IMG/VR virus record: IMGVR_UViG_3300044615_001608
Coordinates: 1-34,557 of that record
Origin: a virus
Lineage: Duplodnaviria; Caudoviricetes
Reading direction: 5' to 3' (one strand)
DNA length: 34,557 nt
In this document: positions 1 through 7,270 of the stretch, piece after piece
How positions within the stretch are numbered: the first letter of the stretch is position 1
Layout: every line of letters starts with the position of its first letter
Program-made: the position numbers and the translations under genes
The notes under the pieces: model-generated
Database searches by the model: none
The model's input: the letters and a program-made list of their open reading frames with translations, nothing else
Told to the model about the DNA's origin: nothing

Positions 1-855
1 GATGCCCGCTCGGCCAAGGTACGTCCGAATGTCCCGATCCACGTTCCGCCCGTAGATCGACCAGCACAACCGCTCCTCCCCGTCCGGAACCGCGTCGATC
101 GACTCCCGGAGAATCGCCGCGAGCGCGGGTGTGATCGGAACGGTTCGGTACGCCTGCTTGGTGCCCTCGACGAACCCCTCGGGGTAGACCGAGAGGACCC
201 GCTCGACCAAGTCCACGTCCTGCACGCGGAGCCTCAGAGCCTCGCCGCGGCGTAGGCCGGCGAGCCTGCACATTCCGACCAGGGCTCGCCACGCCGCGTC
301 GGGGACGGCGTCCAGGAGCCGACGCAGGTCGTCGTGGCTGATGACCGCCCAGGTCTTCGCCATGTCGGGAGACGCGCCCGACACCCGGTCGAACGGGTTG
401 AGCCGGATGAGGTCTTGATCACGAGCCTCTCGGAAGATGGACTTCGCGTCCCGGATGTACCGGCTGACGGTCGCCGCGGAAAGCTCCTTCCCGAGCATCC
501 ATGTTCGGAACGCCGCGGCGCCCGCGCGGGTGATCCGATCGAGCCGGATGTCGCCAAAGTGATCGAGCAGCTTGGCGAAGGTCTGCATCTTGAGGTTGAC
601 CGTCCCTTCCTTGAGTTCGGAGTGCGACTTGAGGTACGCGGTCCTCCACGCGGAGAGAAGCGGCGCGTTCCCCGCGTCCTCGCTCCCAGGCTCAAGGATG
701 TGGTCGCGGGCGATCTCGCGGCACGCGCGGAGTGCTTCGGCCTTGCTGACCTTCGCCTTGCTGCCGATGGACTTGGCGACCCGCTTGCCGGTGGTGGTCC
801 TCCACTTCGCTTGCCAGTATTCGCCGTTCGAATGAAGCTGTACGCCGATGTTCAT
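1..855 (-). CDS. int: Tyrosine recombinase / phage integrase (3' end beyond window; absent from ORF track)
   Basis: My translation from ATG 855: MNIGVQLHSNGEYWQAKW... It contains SAM-like core-binding motifs (FGDIRLDRIT, LSAATVSRYIRDAKSIF, LIRLNPF), box I LAGLRRGEALRLRVQDVD and the catalytic Lys region GTKQAYRTVPI. The frame is open to base 1, and the start overlaps the upstream stop (ATGA). Confidence 0.92.
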   Translation of the reverse strand, partial: MNIGVQLHSNGEYWQAKWRTTTGKRVAKSIGSKAKVSKAEALRACREIARDHILEPGSEDAGNAPLLSAWRTAYLKSHSELKEGTVNLKMQTFAKLLDHFGDIRLDRITRAGAAAFRTWMLGKELSAATVSRYIRDAKSIFREARDQDLIRLNPFDRVSGASPDMAKTWAVISHDDLRRLLDAVPDAAWRALVGMCRLAGLRRGEALRLRVQDVDLVERVLSVYPEGFVEGTKQAYRTVPITPALAAILRESIDAVPDGEERLCWSIYGRNVDRDIRTYLGRAGI

Positions 856-1580
856 GGCTTCTCCATCATCGCGAGGACTTCGCGGGCGAGGATGTAGGTT
901 GGCGTTCCAACGGGCGTTACGCCAAGCACCCGCCCGCACAGCAGGCTTATCTTCTCCCTGAACGCGGCGTCGTCGGGTTTGGCGGGCTTGCACCTGTCGC
1001 AGCCGGGGCAAGGGTCCTCGATGTCGATTCCCAACATGCCCGAATGGGTTCGCGTCTTACCGCTCCCATCGCACGCCTGCGCGGGGGGCTTAACGGGTGA
1101 CGAGCCAGTAGAGCAGGAGGACGGTGATTCCGAAGATGCCGATGATGTTGACGGTTTCGAGGACTCTGTCGATCCAGAACCAGATTCGTCTGAGCATGGG
1201 GGTTCTCCGGGGATGCGGCTTTCGACCGCGTGAATACGTTGCTCCATAGCCATGAGCGTGCCGAACAGGGCGTCGGTCGCGCCTTGAAGTTGCTGCTTGT
1301 TGGGGTTGAAGCACTGTCGATCAAACTCGGACGCCATCCATCGCAGCTTCTCCATTCGGGCGTGATGGCTCGGCACCTCCGGCCTGTGCGTCTCGACGAC
1401 GCTGGCGGGGGTGGGTCCGAACGGGTGCGTGACGGCATCCGCAGACGGGTACTCGTGCCCGTTCACGCATCGGTCATTGCCATTGGGCCGTCGCTCGCGG
1501 CTGACCCCGACGGATCCGCACTTCGGGCAGAGTCCGTAGGTGGTCGGAATAGCAGGGGTGGGGTTCTTGTCACTTCCCAT
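852..1580 (-). CDS. Hypothetical phage protein with Cys-rich (zinc-ribbon-like) N- and C-terminal segments
   Basis: ATG 1580 with AAGGAG RBS; YGLCPKCG...GNDRCVNGHEYPS and C-terminal CPGCDRC; Ser-rich central linker. Confidence 0.7.
   Translation of the reverse strand: MGSDKNPTPAIPTTYGLCPKCGSVGVSRERRPNGNDRCVNGHEYPSADAVTHPFGPTPASVVETHRPEVPSHHARMEKLRWMASEFDRQCFNPNKQQLQGATDALFGTLMAMEQRIHAVESRIPGEPPCSDESGSGSTESSKPSTSSASSESPSSCSTGSSPVKPPAQACDGSGKTRTHSGMLGIDIEDPCPGCDRCKPAKPDDAAFREKISLLCGRVLGVTPVGTPTYILAREVLAMMEKP
1090..1197 (-). CDS. Nested 35-aa single-pass membrane peptide (alternative frame inside 852-1580)
   Basis: GGAGAA RBS upstream of ATG; MLRRIWFWIDRVLETVNIIGIFGITVLLLYWLVTR; mostly C-ending codons. 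Confidence 0.5.
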   Translation of the reverse strand: MLRRIWFWIDRVLETVNIIGIFGITVLLLYWLVTR

Positions 1581-1890
1581 CGCGGGCTCCTTTCTTCTTG
1601 CGAGGCTTCTTCGGTACAGGCAACGCCACAGCACGATCCCACGCGCCGTCGGTGACGTACTGCCGGAGTTCCGAGTACCCCGTCAACGAGTACCCGATCA
1701 GTTGCGCAAACTGTTGCTGTTCCTCACGGGTGTACTTCCCGTGGAGTTGGGCGTCGATGGCGATGGTGTTCATGTCCATGATCCCCGCCTTTGTAGCGAG
1801 GTCCAGCATGTCCCGCACGATCCGGTTCGCTTTGAATCGAAGCGTGCCGTGATCGTCCCACGCGAGCGGTTGCATTGGGAAAGGCTTCAT
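1570..1890 (-). CDS. Conserved phage hypothetical protein
   Basis: GGAGG RBS before ATG 1890; PMQPL...RFKANRIV...QFAQLIGYS..GYSEL pattern recalled from phage hypotheticals. Confidence 0.75.
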   Translation of the reverse strand: MKPFPMQPLAWDDHGTLRFKANRIVRDMLDLATKAGIMDMNTIAIDAQLHGKYTREEQQQFAQLIGYSLTGYSELRQYVTDGAWDRAVALPVPKKPRKKKGARDGK

Positions 1891-1942
1891 CCCTCCCCTC
1901 CCCTCACGCGTGCGGCTTGGGCGGCGGCGGGGGTGTATTCGC

Positions 1943-2122
1943 TCATCGTTCCTCCCCAATCGCCTGCTGCAACGCGACACGGACGGCGTCACCCACCGAC
2001 ACCCTGACGCCCTTCTCCTTGGCGAGCTTGGCGGCAAACTCTCGCGCCATCTCGACCACCTGATCGGCCTTGCGGACGCTGATTTGCGTGTGCGTCCTGG
2101 GCCTGGACTTGTCGTCTACCAT
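1943..2122 (-). CDS. Small ribbon-helix-helix-like DNA-binding protein (59 aa; absent from ORF track)
   Basis: CAAGGAGAA RBS; MVDDKSRPRTHTQISVRKADQVVEMAREFAAKLAKEKGVRVSVGDAVRVALQQAIGEER, a strand (TQISV)-helix-G-S-helix pattern. Confidence 0.65.
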   Translation of the reverse strand: MVDDKSRPRTHTQISVRKADQVVEMAREFAAKLAKEKGVRVSVGDAVRVALQQAIGEER

Positions 2123-2220
2123 CGAACTTCTCCTTGTGAGGCCGGCGTGCTAGCCGTCGGCTCTTGGGGCGGCAACCCCGAGAATCGCACCCGTCCGGTT
2201 CCCCGGGCGGGTGCGTTGTT
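2123..2220 (-). repeat. Early-gene leader repeat R6 (diverged copy)
   Basis: Minus strand: stop, AACAA, CGCACCCGCCCGG-GGAA-CCGGACGGGTGCG hairpin, second hairpin with TTGCCG loop, CAAGGAGA, ATG. Confidence 0.7.
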
Positions 2221-2385
2221 TCAGGGCTTGCCCTTCTCGGTCGTGAAGATGGACCCCGAGTTCATGCCGGAGTTGATGTTCAGGAACGACCAGTGACGGA
2301 CGCCCCATGCGATGAGGCCAACCGCGGCGAGATTCCCGCACCACTGCCACAGCGAGCAGGCGTAGAGGTAGTCGAAGAGCGTCAA
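2221..2385 (-). CDS. Small putative membrane protein (54 aa)
   Basis: GGAGG RBS and TTG start overlapping the upstream TGA; hydrophobic stretch NLAAVGLIAWGV. Confidence 0.55.
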   Translation of the reverse strand: MTLFDYLYACSLWQWCGNLAAVGLIAWGVRHWSFLNINSGMNSGSIFTTEKGKP

Positions 2386-2555
2386 GATACACCTCCCTTC
2401 GTGGTGCGGTGGCCGCACACTTGGCACTTCACCGCGCCGTGGGAGCACTGAGGCTCGGCGGGAATCGGGCGGGCGTTCTTGATGTCCTCCAAAATGCGGT
2501 CAAGCACCTTGGCCTCCTGCGGGCTGATCTCCTCTGTCTGATTCACGTTCATCAT
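2382..2555 (-). CDS. Small hypothetical protein with C-x-H...C-x2-C motif (57 aa; absent from ORF track)
   Basis: Follows leader R5 (CAAGGAGAT RBS); MMNVNQTEEISPQEAKVLDRILEDIKNARPIPAEPQCSHGAVKCQVCGHRTTKGGVS. Confidence 0.65.
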   Translation of the reverse strand: MMNVNQTEEISPQEAKVLDRILEDIKNARPIPAEPQCSHGAVKCQVCGHRTTKGGVS

Positions 2556-2621
2556 GCAAATCTCCTTGTCCGGGGCATCCGGAAACCTCGCGCGTCTCGT
2601 TTCCGGGACGCGCGGGTGTGT
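2556..2621 (-). repeat. Early-gene leader repeat R5
   Basis: TGA, ACACACC, CGCGCGTCCCG-GAAA-CGAGACGCGCG hairpin, TCCGG-ATGCC-CCGGA hairpin, CAAGGAGAT. Confidence 0.85.
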
Positions 2622-3551
2622 TCAAACGGGCTTGTCGAGCACCACGAGCCGGGTCCGCACGCCAGTCGGGACGAACGCGTCCGGACCATTGAACGCGTCG
2701 GCAAGCTCCTGGACGTACTTGCCGTGGTCCAACAGCAGCAGCCTGAACGCGTGCGCCTTCTGGTCGTTCCGATAGAACAACCCCTCTGACACAATTGCCA
2801 CCAACCGACCACCCGGGCGCAGGGATCTGAACGCGTGCGCGACGTGCTCGGCATCCTGCCCGTTCTCGAAAGGCGGGTTCATGAGCACGACGTCGATGCT
2901 CGCTTCCTCCACCCCGCACGCGAGAAAATCCTCGTTCTCGAAGGTGTGATCTTTGAGCCGGAGAACCTCGCAAAGCTGTGCGTTCCGCTCGATGCAAAGC
3001 ACGTTCGGAATCTCGGGGTGTCGCTCTCGCAGTCGATCCACGATCGACCCGATCCCTGCCGACGGTTCCAGCACGTTCCGGACGTCCGGCCCGATGTCCG
3101 CGCAGTCGATCATGAGGTCAACGAGCTTGGGCGGGGTGGGGAAGAATCCGGGGATGTTCCGTGCCCCGCCGCGGATCGTGCGGAGCAAGTCGGCAAGCTC
3201 GATTTCCCTGCTGTCCTCGGGCGGGCGCTCGGTCTTGAGCATCTCGCGGGCCTTCTCCGCCTGGTCCGGCTCAAGGTCGCCGTGCCATCCGCGCACGATC
3301 TCGCGGAGTTGTCGCCCCGATCGGATAGAACCGAGCGGGAAGGGCACGGGCGGGCGTTGCCAGAGGTCCGCGAGCTTCTCGGCGGCTCGGGAGGCATCAA
3401 GCAGGGCGAGCCCGTCTGAGGCCATCGACGCCGCGATAGAGGCGCGGCGCCTCGTGTGTCGCATTCGGCCGATCGGGCTGTTCATCTTCGCGTGAGCCTG
3501 CTTCCCCAGACTCTCCGCGATGCCGCGCCAGCGGGCGGATTGTGGGGTCAT
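2622..3551 (-). CDS. N6-adenine-type DNA methyltransferase with N-terminal extension
   Basis: FFPTP, motif I VLEPSAGIG, motif IV VLMNPPF, LRPGGRLVAI. Confidence 0.9.
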   Translation of the reverse strand: MTPQSARWRGIAESLGKQAHAKMNSPIGRMRHTRRRASIAASMASDGLALLDASRAAEKLADLWQRPPVPFPLGSIRSGRQLREIVRGWHGDLEPDQAEKAREMLKTERPPEDSREIELADLLRTIRGGARNIPGFFPTPPKLVDLMIDCADIGPDVRNVLEPSAGIGSIVDRLRERHPEIPNVLCIERNAQLCEVLRLKDHTFENEDFLACGVEEASIDVVLMNPPFENGQDAEHVAHAFRSLRPGGRLVAIVSEGLFYRNDQKAHAFRLLLLDHGKYVQELADAFNGPDAFVPTGVRTRLVVLDKPV

Positions 3552-3775
3552 TCGCCAGCCTCCTCAGCCTCAGCAACCTCGGCGTCAAAGTGGGATTTGG
3601 CGATGCGGGCGCACTCGTTGAAATCGTGGTTGTTTGCCTTGGCCCAATGCATGAGGTCGGCAAGGATGTCCGTGAGGGCACCTTCGTCGTCGTTTCGCCA
3701 CCGCGACCCGTGTTGATTGGCGTCGATCGCGTCTTCTGCTGATTGGATCCTGTCCGCGTTGGTTCGTTCGCTCAC
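3548..3775 (-). CDS. Hypothetical all-alpha protein (possibly MazG-like fold)
   Basis: LTDILADLMHW...DF...A..H...E pattern; overlapping start/stop with both neighbours; GGAGG RBS. Confidence 0.7.
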   Translation of the reverse strand: MSERTNADRIQSAEDAIDANQHGSRWRNDDEGALTDILADLMHWAKANNHDFNECARIAKSHFDAEVAEAEEAGE

Positions 3776-4062
3776 GATTCCACCTCCTCGGCGTTCTTGT
3801 CAAGCTCGGTTCCCGCGTAGCTGACCCACACCCAAGCGGCGACATATGTGCCGTTGTCGTCGCCTTCGGACAAGGCAGCGTCGTCGTCGATCTCAACCTC
3901 GCCGTCTTCCTGGTGGAGTTCCTTGGCCCACTTGCGGACCATTTCGGCGTGCGGCGGGTCCTTGAACCGTTCGAGAAGCTCGTCTGCCAATTGTTCCAGC
4001 CGATCAAACTCGGTGTTTCCTGCGGCGACAGTGTCCAAAAAATCTTTGATATCGGGGTGCAT
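3772..4062 (-). CDS. Acidic conserved phage hypothetical protein
   Basis: Start reassigned to ATG 4062 after CCAGGAGAA RBS; DGEVEIDDDA...GTYVAAWVWV. Confidence 0.75.
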   Translation of the reverse strand: MHPDIKDFLDTVAAGNTEFDRLEQLADELLERFKDPPHAEMVRKWAKELHQEDGEVEIDDDAALSEGDDNGTYVAAWVWVSYAGTELDKNAEEVES

Positions 4063-4132
4063 GGTGTTCTCCTGGTGGGCCGGGCATCGGCCAAGCTCGC
4101 CCGAGCCGTTTCCGGCGCGGGCGGGTGTGTTC
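4063..4132 (-). repeat. Early-gene leader repeat R4
   Basis: TAA, GAACACACC, CGCCCGCGCCG-GAAA-CGGCTCGGGCG hairpin, GGCCG-ATGCC-CGGCC hairpin, CACCAGGAGA. Confidence 0.85.
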
Positions 4133-4411
4133 TTACTCGTCGTTCTCGTCGGGCTCGTCGTTCTCGTCGCGCCACAGGGCCTCGATGCGGTCGGATTCCT
4201 CGAGCGCCTCCAAAGCCTCGTCATCGTCTTCGCCGAACCCGCTGTTCCCATACTCGCCGTCCGTCTCGGTGATAAGTCGAACGTCGCCGACAAGTGTCTC
4301 TCCTCGGCGAACCTTTGCCTTCGCCTCCTCGAACGTTTCCGCCTCGATGGTGTGCTCGAAGTAGGCAATACGGGTCACGGTCTGCGCTTCGCGAACGATG
4401 AACTTTGCCAT
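4133..4411 (-). CDS. Highly acidic hypothetical protein (92 aa)
   Basis: ATG 4411 after CAAGGAGAT RBS; IEAETFEEAKAKV motif; D/E-rich C-terminal half. Confidence 0.75.
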   Translation of the reverse strand: MAKFIVREAQTVTRIAYFEHTIEAETFEEAKAKVRRGETLVGDVRLITETDGEYGNSGFGEDDDEALEALEESDRIEALWRDENDEPDENDE

Positions 4412-4479
4412 GTGGATCTCCTTGCGCCCGGGCATCGGGCAAGCCTCGCCGCGCCGGTTTCCCGGGGCGGCGGGTGTGT
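4412..4479 (-). repeat. Early-gene leader repeat R3
   Basis: TGA, ACACACC, CGCCGCCCCGG-GAAA-CCGGCGCGGCG hairpin, GCCCG-ATGCC-CGGGC hairpin, CAAGGAGATCCAC, ATG. Confidence 0.9.
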
Positions 4480-5370
4480 TCAAACGGCGGTCGCTGCGCC
4501 GATCAGCGGGCGGAGCGAGTCGAGCGACGTGTAGAGCCCGACGATCGCGTCTAGTCCAAGCTCCTCGGCCATGTTGGGCCGGTCTCTATGCCTGACCGGT
4601 TGCGAGTACTGACCGGCGTCAAAAATGTCGGTCACGAGACAGACGATTCGGGCGAACAGCGGGGAGCTAACCGCGCCGATGCGTTCCAAGTCGACGGGGT
4701 CGGATGCGTGCTTGAGCGTGCACGCGTGTACGTAGTGCGTGCCTCTCCGGTCGCTGTTCTCTGTCTCGATGAGGGTGATTTCAACCGATCGCCCCTGCCG
4801 CTCGATGGTTTCCGCGATGGCTGCAAGCAAGCCCCCAACCCGCGCAAACTGCCCACCCTCCCATGCTCCGAGCGCGGTCGAATCAAGCCCGAGCCGGATA
4901 ACCTGGGACATTCGACCCGCAACCGAGCGGCGGAAGGGGCGTTCGTGCCCAACAAGCACCCGGTCAACGTTTGCTTCGTCGCCATCATCGCCCCACACGA
5001 GCCGGCGGCGGCGGCTTTCCGCCCAACCATTCGCCTCGATGGTTTCGACGAACGTCCCCCGATAGCTGTCTAGCTGGGCAAGGAACGTCGACGGCGCTCG
5101 CCCCTCTTCCATGGCGTTCCAAGCGTCTTCGAACGTTGGGAATTCTGGGTGACTGGTCCAAGGGCCATACCGATCCTGCGGCTTCGTCCCGCACTGCCCG
5201 AGCCACCATTCCGCGTGAAAACACCATTCCGCCAAGTCGTCGTAGTACCGGACAGCGAGCGGGATCGGGTTGGATGTCTCCGGGCGGTGGATCTGGGTCG
5301 CGTCGAAATGCCGCTCCCCTCTGATCTGGATTCTCCGTCTGCTGCCCCTGGTTGCGTTCGCTTTCATCAT
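4480..5370 (-). CDS. VWA-like (CobT-type) partner of the adjacent AAA+ ATPase
   Basis: Immediately downstream of the AAA gene; GDEANVDRVLVG, AIAETIERQGRSVEI, LKHASDPVD...SPLFAR motifs resemble phage AAA-partner proteins. Start reassigned after CCAAGGAGAT RBS. Confidence 0.65.
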   Translation of the reverse strand: MMKANATRGSRRRIQIRGERHFDATQIHRPETSNPIPLAVRYYDDLAEWCFHAEWWLGQCGTKPQDRYGPWTSHPEFPTFEDAWNAMEEGRAPSTFLAQLDSYRGTFVETIEANGWAESRRRRLVWGDDGDEANVDRVLVGHERPFRRSVAGRMSQVIRLGLDSTALGAWEGGQFARVGGLLAAIAETIERQGRSVEITLIETENSDRRGTHYVHACTLKHASDPVDLERIGAVSSPLFARIVCLVTDIFDAGQYSQPVRHRDRPNMAEELGLDAIVGLYTSLDSLRPLIGAATAV

Positions 5371-5427
5371 GGGTGGATCTCCTTGGTGAATCCGCGCCGC
5401 GCCGGTTTCCCGGGGCGGCGGGTGTGT
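5371..5427 (-). repeat. Early-gene leader repeat R2 (first hairpin only)
   Basis: 33 bp (5395-5427) identical to R3 (4447-4479), followed by CACCAAGGAGATCCAC; lacks the ATGCC hairpin. Confidence 0.9.
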
Positions 5428-6527
5428 CATTCTGCGAGCGCCTTAGCCTTCTCCTCGTCCGACCATCCGACCGTGAGACGGTCCAGAATCTCGGCGGTTG
5501 GCTTCCCTGCGGCGACCATGCGAGCGGCGGCTATGACCGAGCGGGTGCCCACAATCTGCCGGATCTTGTGACGTCCGATGTTCTCCCGGATCTTGCGAAT
5601 CCGCGCGAGGATCATCGAATCTGAGAGGATCGATTCCTCCAGCCTCGCGTCATATCCGACGTAGAACCGAGCGCCAGCGAATCGATCAAGCGTGGCAGCA
5701 TCGATGGGCGAGCGCCCGATATACTGAGCAGTCCCGCCCGTGCCCCATGTGTTGGCTGCGGCCACGATCACGGTATCGGCGTGGCGATTGATGATGCGGC
5801 GGGCGGGGTCATGGTGACGGGGAAGGAACAAGCGACCATTCGCAAGCGCGGCGTTCACCTGGACGAGAATCTCGGCGGGTGCCGAATCGATCTCGTCGAG
5901 CAGGTAGACCCCGCCCGCTTCGTAGGCCTGAACGAAAGCGGTCTCCTGATACTTTCCCTCGGCATTAATCCCGCCGACCAGCTGAGCGGCGGTCATGTCT
6001 GCGGCGAACGATTGCGCACCGAACGAGCGGCCGAGCGCCTTCGCGAGCGTTTCGGCTAGGGTCGTCTTGCCCGATCCGGCGGGACCGGAAAGCCAAAGGT
6101 TCTGGAACCCCATGGCAACGGCTTCTGCCAATTGTGCCAACTCGGGCCGGGCGTTTCGGATCTCGGGGCCCGTGGGCATGTCCCCGATCTGGAATCGGAT
6201 CGTCTGGGTCGGGCTGCTCTTGATCGATTCGACCAAGGTCCGCAAGCCGCAAACGTCCTTGGCAACGAGGTCGACGCATTCGCCAAGGGTTTCAACCTTG
6301 GCCGAAAGGGCTTCAACCTCGGCGGGCTTGACTGATCCAGCCAGACCCCGGATAGCTGCCGCAAGCGTCGCGGCATGGTCGTCGGTTTCGGCGGGCGTGT
6401 TCGTCCGCACGGGTGCGGCTTCTCGCACGGTGCGAGTGAACGGGATTGACCCTTGGGGCGTGTTGGATGGCGCATCCCCTAGGGGCATGCGTCGGGAAAG
6501 GCCTGGAGGTAGGGTGGCTGCTGACAC
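5427..6527 (-). CDS. AAA+ ATPase, MoxR/CbbQ/CobS-like
   Basis: Walker A GPAGSGKTT, Walker B YLLDEID, sensor AAANTWG, YIGR.PIDAATLDRF. GTG start at 6527 after CCAAGGAGAT RBS. Confidence 0.9.
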   Translation of the reverse strand: MSAATLPPGLSRRMPLGDAPSNTPQGSIPFTRTVREAAPVRTNTPAETDDHAATLAAAIRGLAGSVKPAEVEALSAKVETLGECVDLVAKDVCGLRTLVESIKSSPTQTIRFQIGDMPTGPEIRNARPELAQLAEAVAMGFQNLWLSGPAGSGKTTLAETLAKALGRSFGAQSFAADMTAAQLVGGINAEGKYQETAFVQAYEAGGVYLLDEIDSAPAEILVQVNAALANGRLFLPRHHDPARRIINRHADTVIVAAANTWGTGGTAQYIGRSPIDAATLDRFAGARFYVGYDARLEESILSDSMILARIRKIRENIGRHKIRQIVGTRSVIAAARMVAAGKPTAEILDRLTVGWSDEEKAKALAE

Positions 6528-6607
6528 GATTGAATCTCCTTGGTGCATGGCTTGGGGCATCCAAGCCGAATCGACCGAGCCCGGTTTCCCGGGGCCGGTC
6601 GGGTGGT
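6528..6607 (-). repeat. Early-gene leader repeat R1
   Basis: TGA, ACCACC, CGACCGGCCCCGG-GAAA-CCGGGCTCGGTCG hairpin, GGCTTGG-ATGCC-CCAAGCC hairpin, CACCAAGGAGAT. Confidence 0.9.
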
Positions 6608-6904
6608 TCATGAGATCACGAGTTCAGAGACGGGGACCGATCCGTGAATGGTGCGGGCATCGCACCCTTTCACGGGCCGACGGCGACCTCGGTTGTGCCC
6701 CCCGGTGTGGTACCAACCATCGGGGCGACCATCATGGGCACGGGAGAAGCGGAACCCGGATTCCTTCAAGCTGTCGCGAGTCTGCGCGTCCGGCTTGGAA
6801 GTGAAGAAAACCCAGACCCACCGACCGACCAATTCGGCCGGGAGGTTCTTGGCCTGGCACCACTGCACCACTGCGGCCGCGCTGCTGTCCTTGTGAATCG
6901 TCAT
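6608..6904 (-). CDS. First early gene, hypothetical protein
   Basis: CACCAAGGAGA RBS; ELVGRWVWV...LKESGFRFS...WY pattern recalled from phage/plasmid early proteins. Confidence 0.75.
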   Translation of the reverse strand: MTIHKDSSAAAVVQWCQAKNLPAELVGRWVWVFFTSKPDAQTRDSLKESGFRFSRAHDGRPDGWYHTGGHNRGRRRPVKGCDARTIHGSVPVSELVIS

Positions 6905-6954
6905 GCGTGTCTCCTTGGTGTGCTCCAGCATGCGGCATGCATGCCAGATAGCAC

Positions 6955-6983
6955 AAGATATCCGATCTATTTCGGCGTGTCAA
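6955..6983 (-). promoter_or_regulatory. Sigma70-type early promoter
   Basis: TTGACA (6983-6978), 17 bp spacer, TATCTT (6960-6955), AT-rich upstream tract; sits in front of the first early gene. Confidence 0.85.
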
Positions 6984-7250
6984 CCAGATATCTTGAATTT
7001 CGCAAGATTTTTCTGAGATGCATTCGGGTTGGAGACCTCCCCCTCTTTGTCTCCCCCTCCTTCCTTCTCGCGTACGGGTGCTCACCCTGGGCACCACAAG
7101 CACCACAAGCCCCAGAGCGGAACAGACGGGAGAGAGAGACAAGGACAAGCGGTCCCGGTCCCGGTCTTCTGCTTCTGCTGCGGCTGGATTGCAACGGATC
7201 GCAACGGATAGCGGGTGCAGGTGAAAAAGGCAGAGCGGAGAGGGAGACTT

Positions 7251-7270
7251 GAGACTGAGAATCATTCTCA
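7251..7270. promoter_or_regulatory. Fur-box-like site
   Basis: GAGACTGAGAATCATTCTC matches GATAATGATAATCATTATC at 15/19; contains the perfect 7-1-7 palindrome TGAGAAT-C-ATTCTCA. Confidence 0.55.

Noticed and set aside
2123-6607. Early-region repeats as a CRISPR array or integron attC sites
   Set aside because: The intervening sequences are whole genes of variable length, no cas genes are present, the repeats lack RYYYAAC/GTTRRRY attC ends, and the recombinase shows no IntI-type features that I can see.
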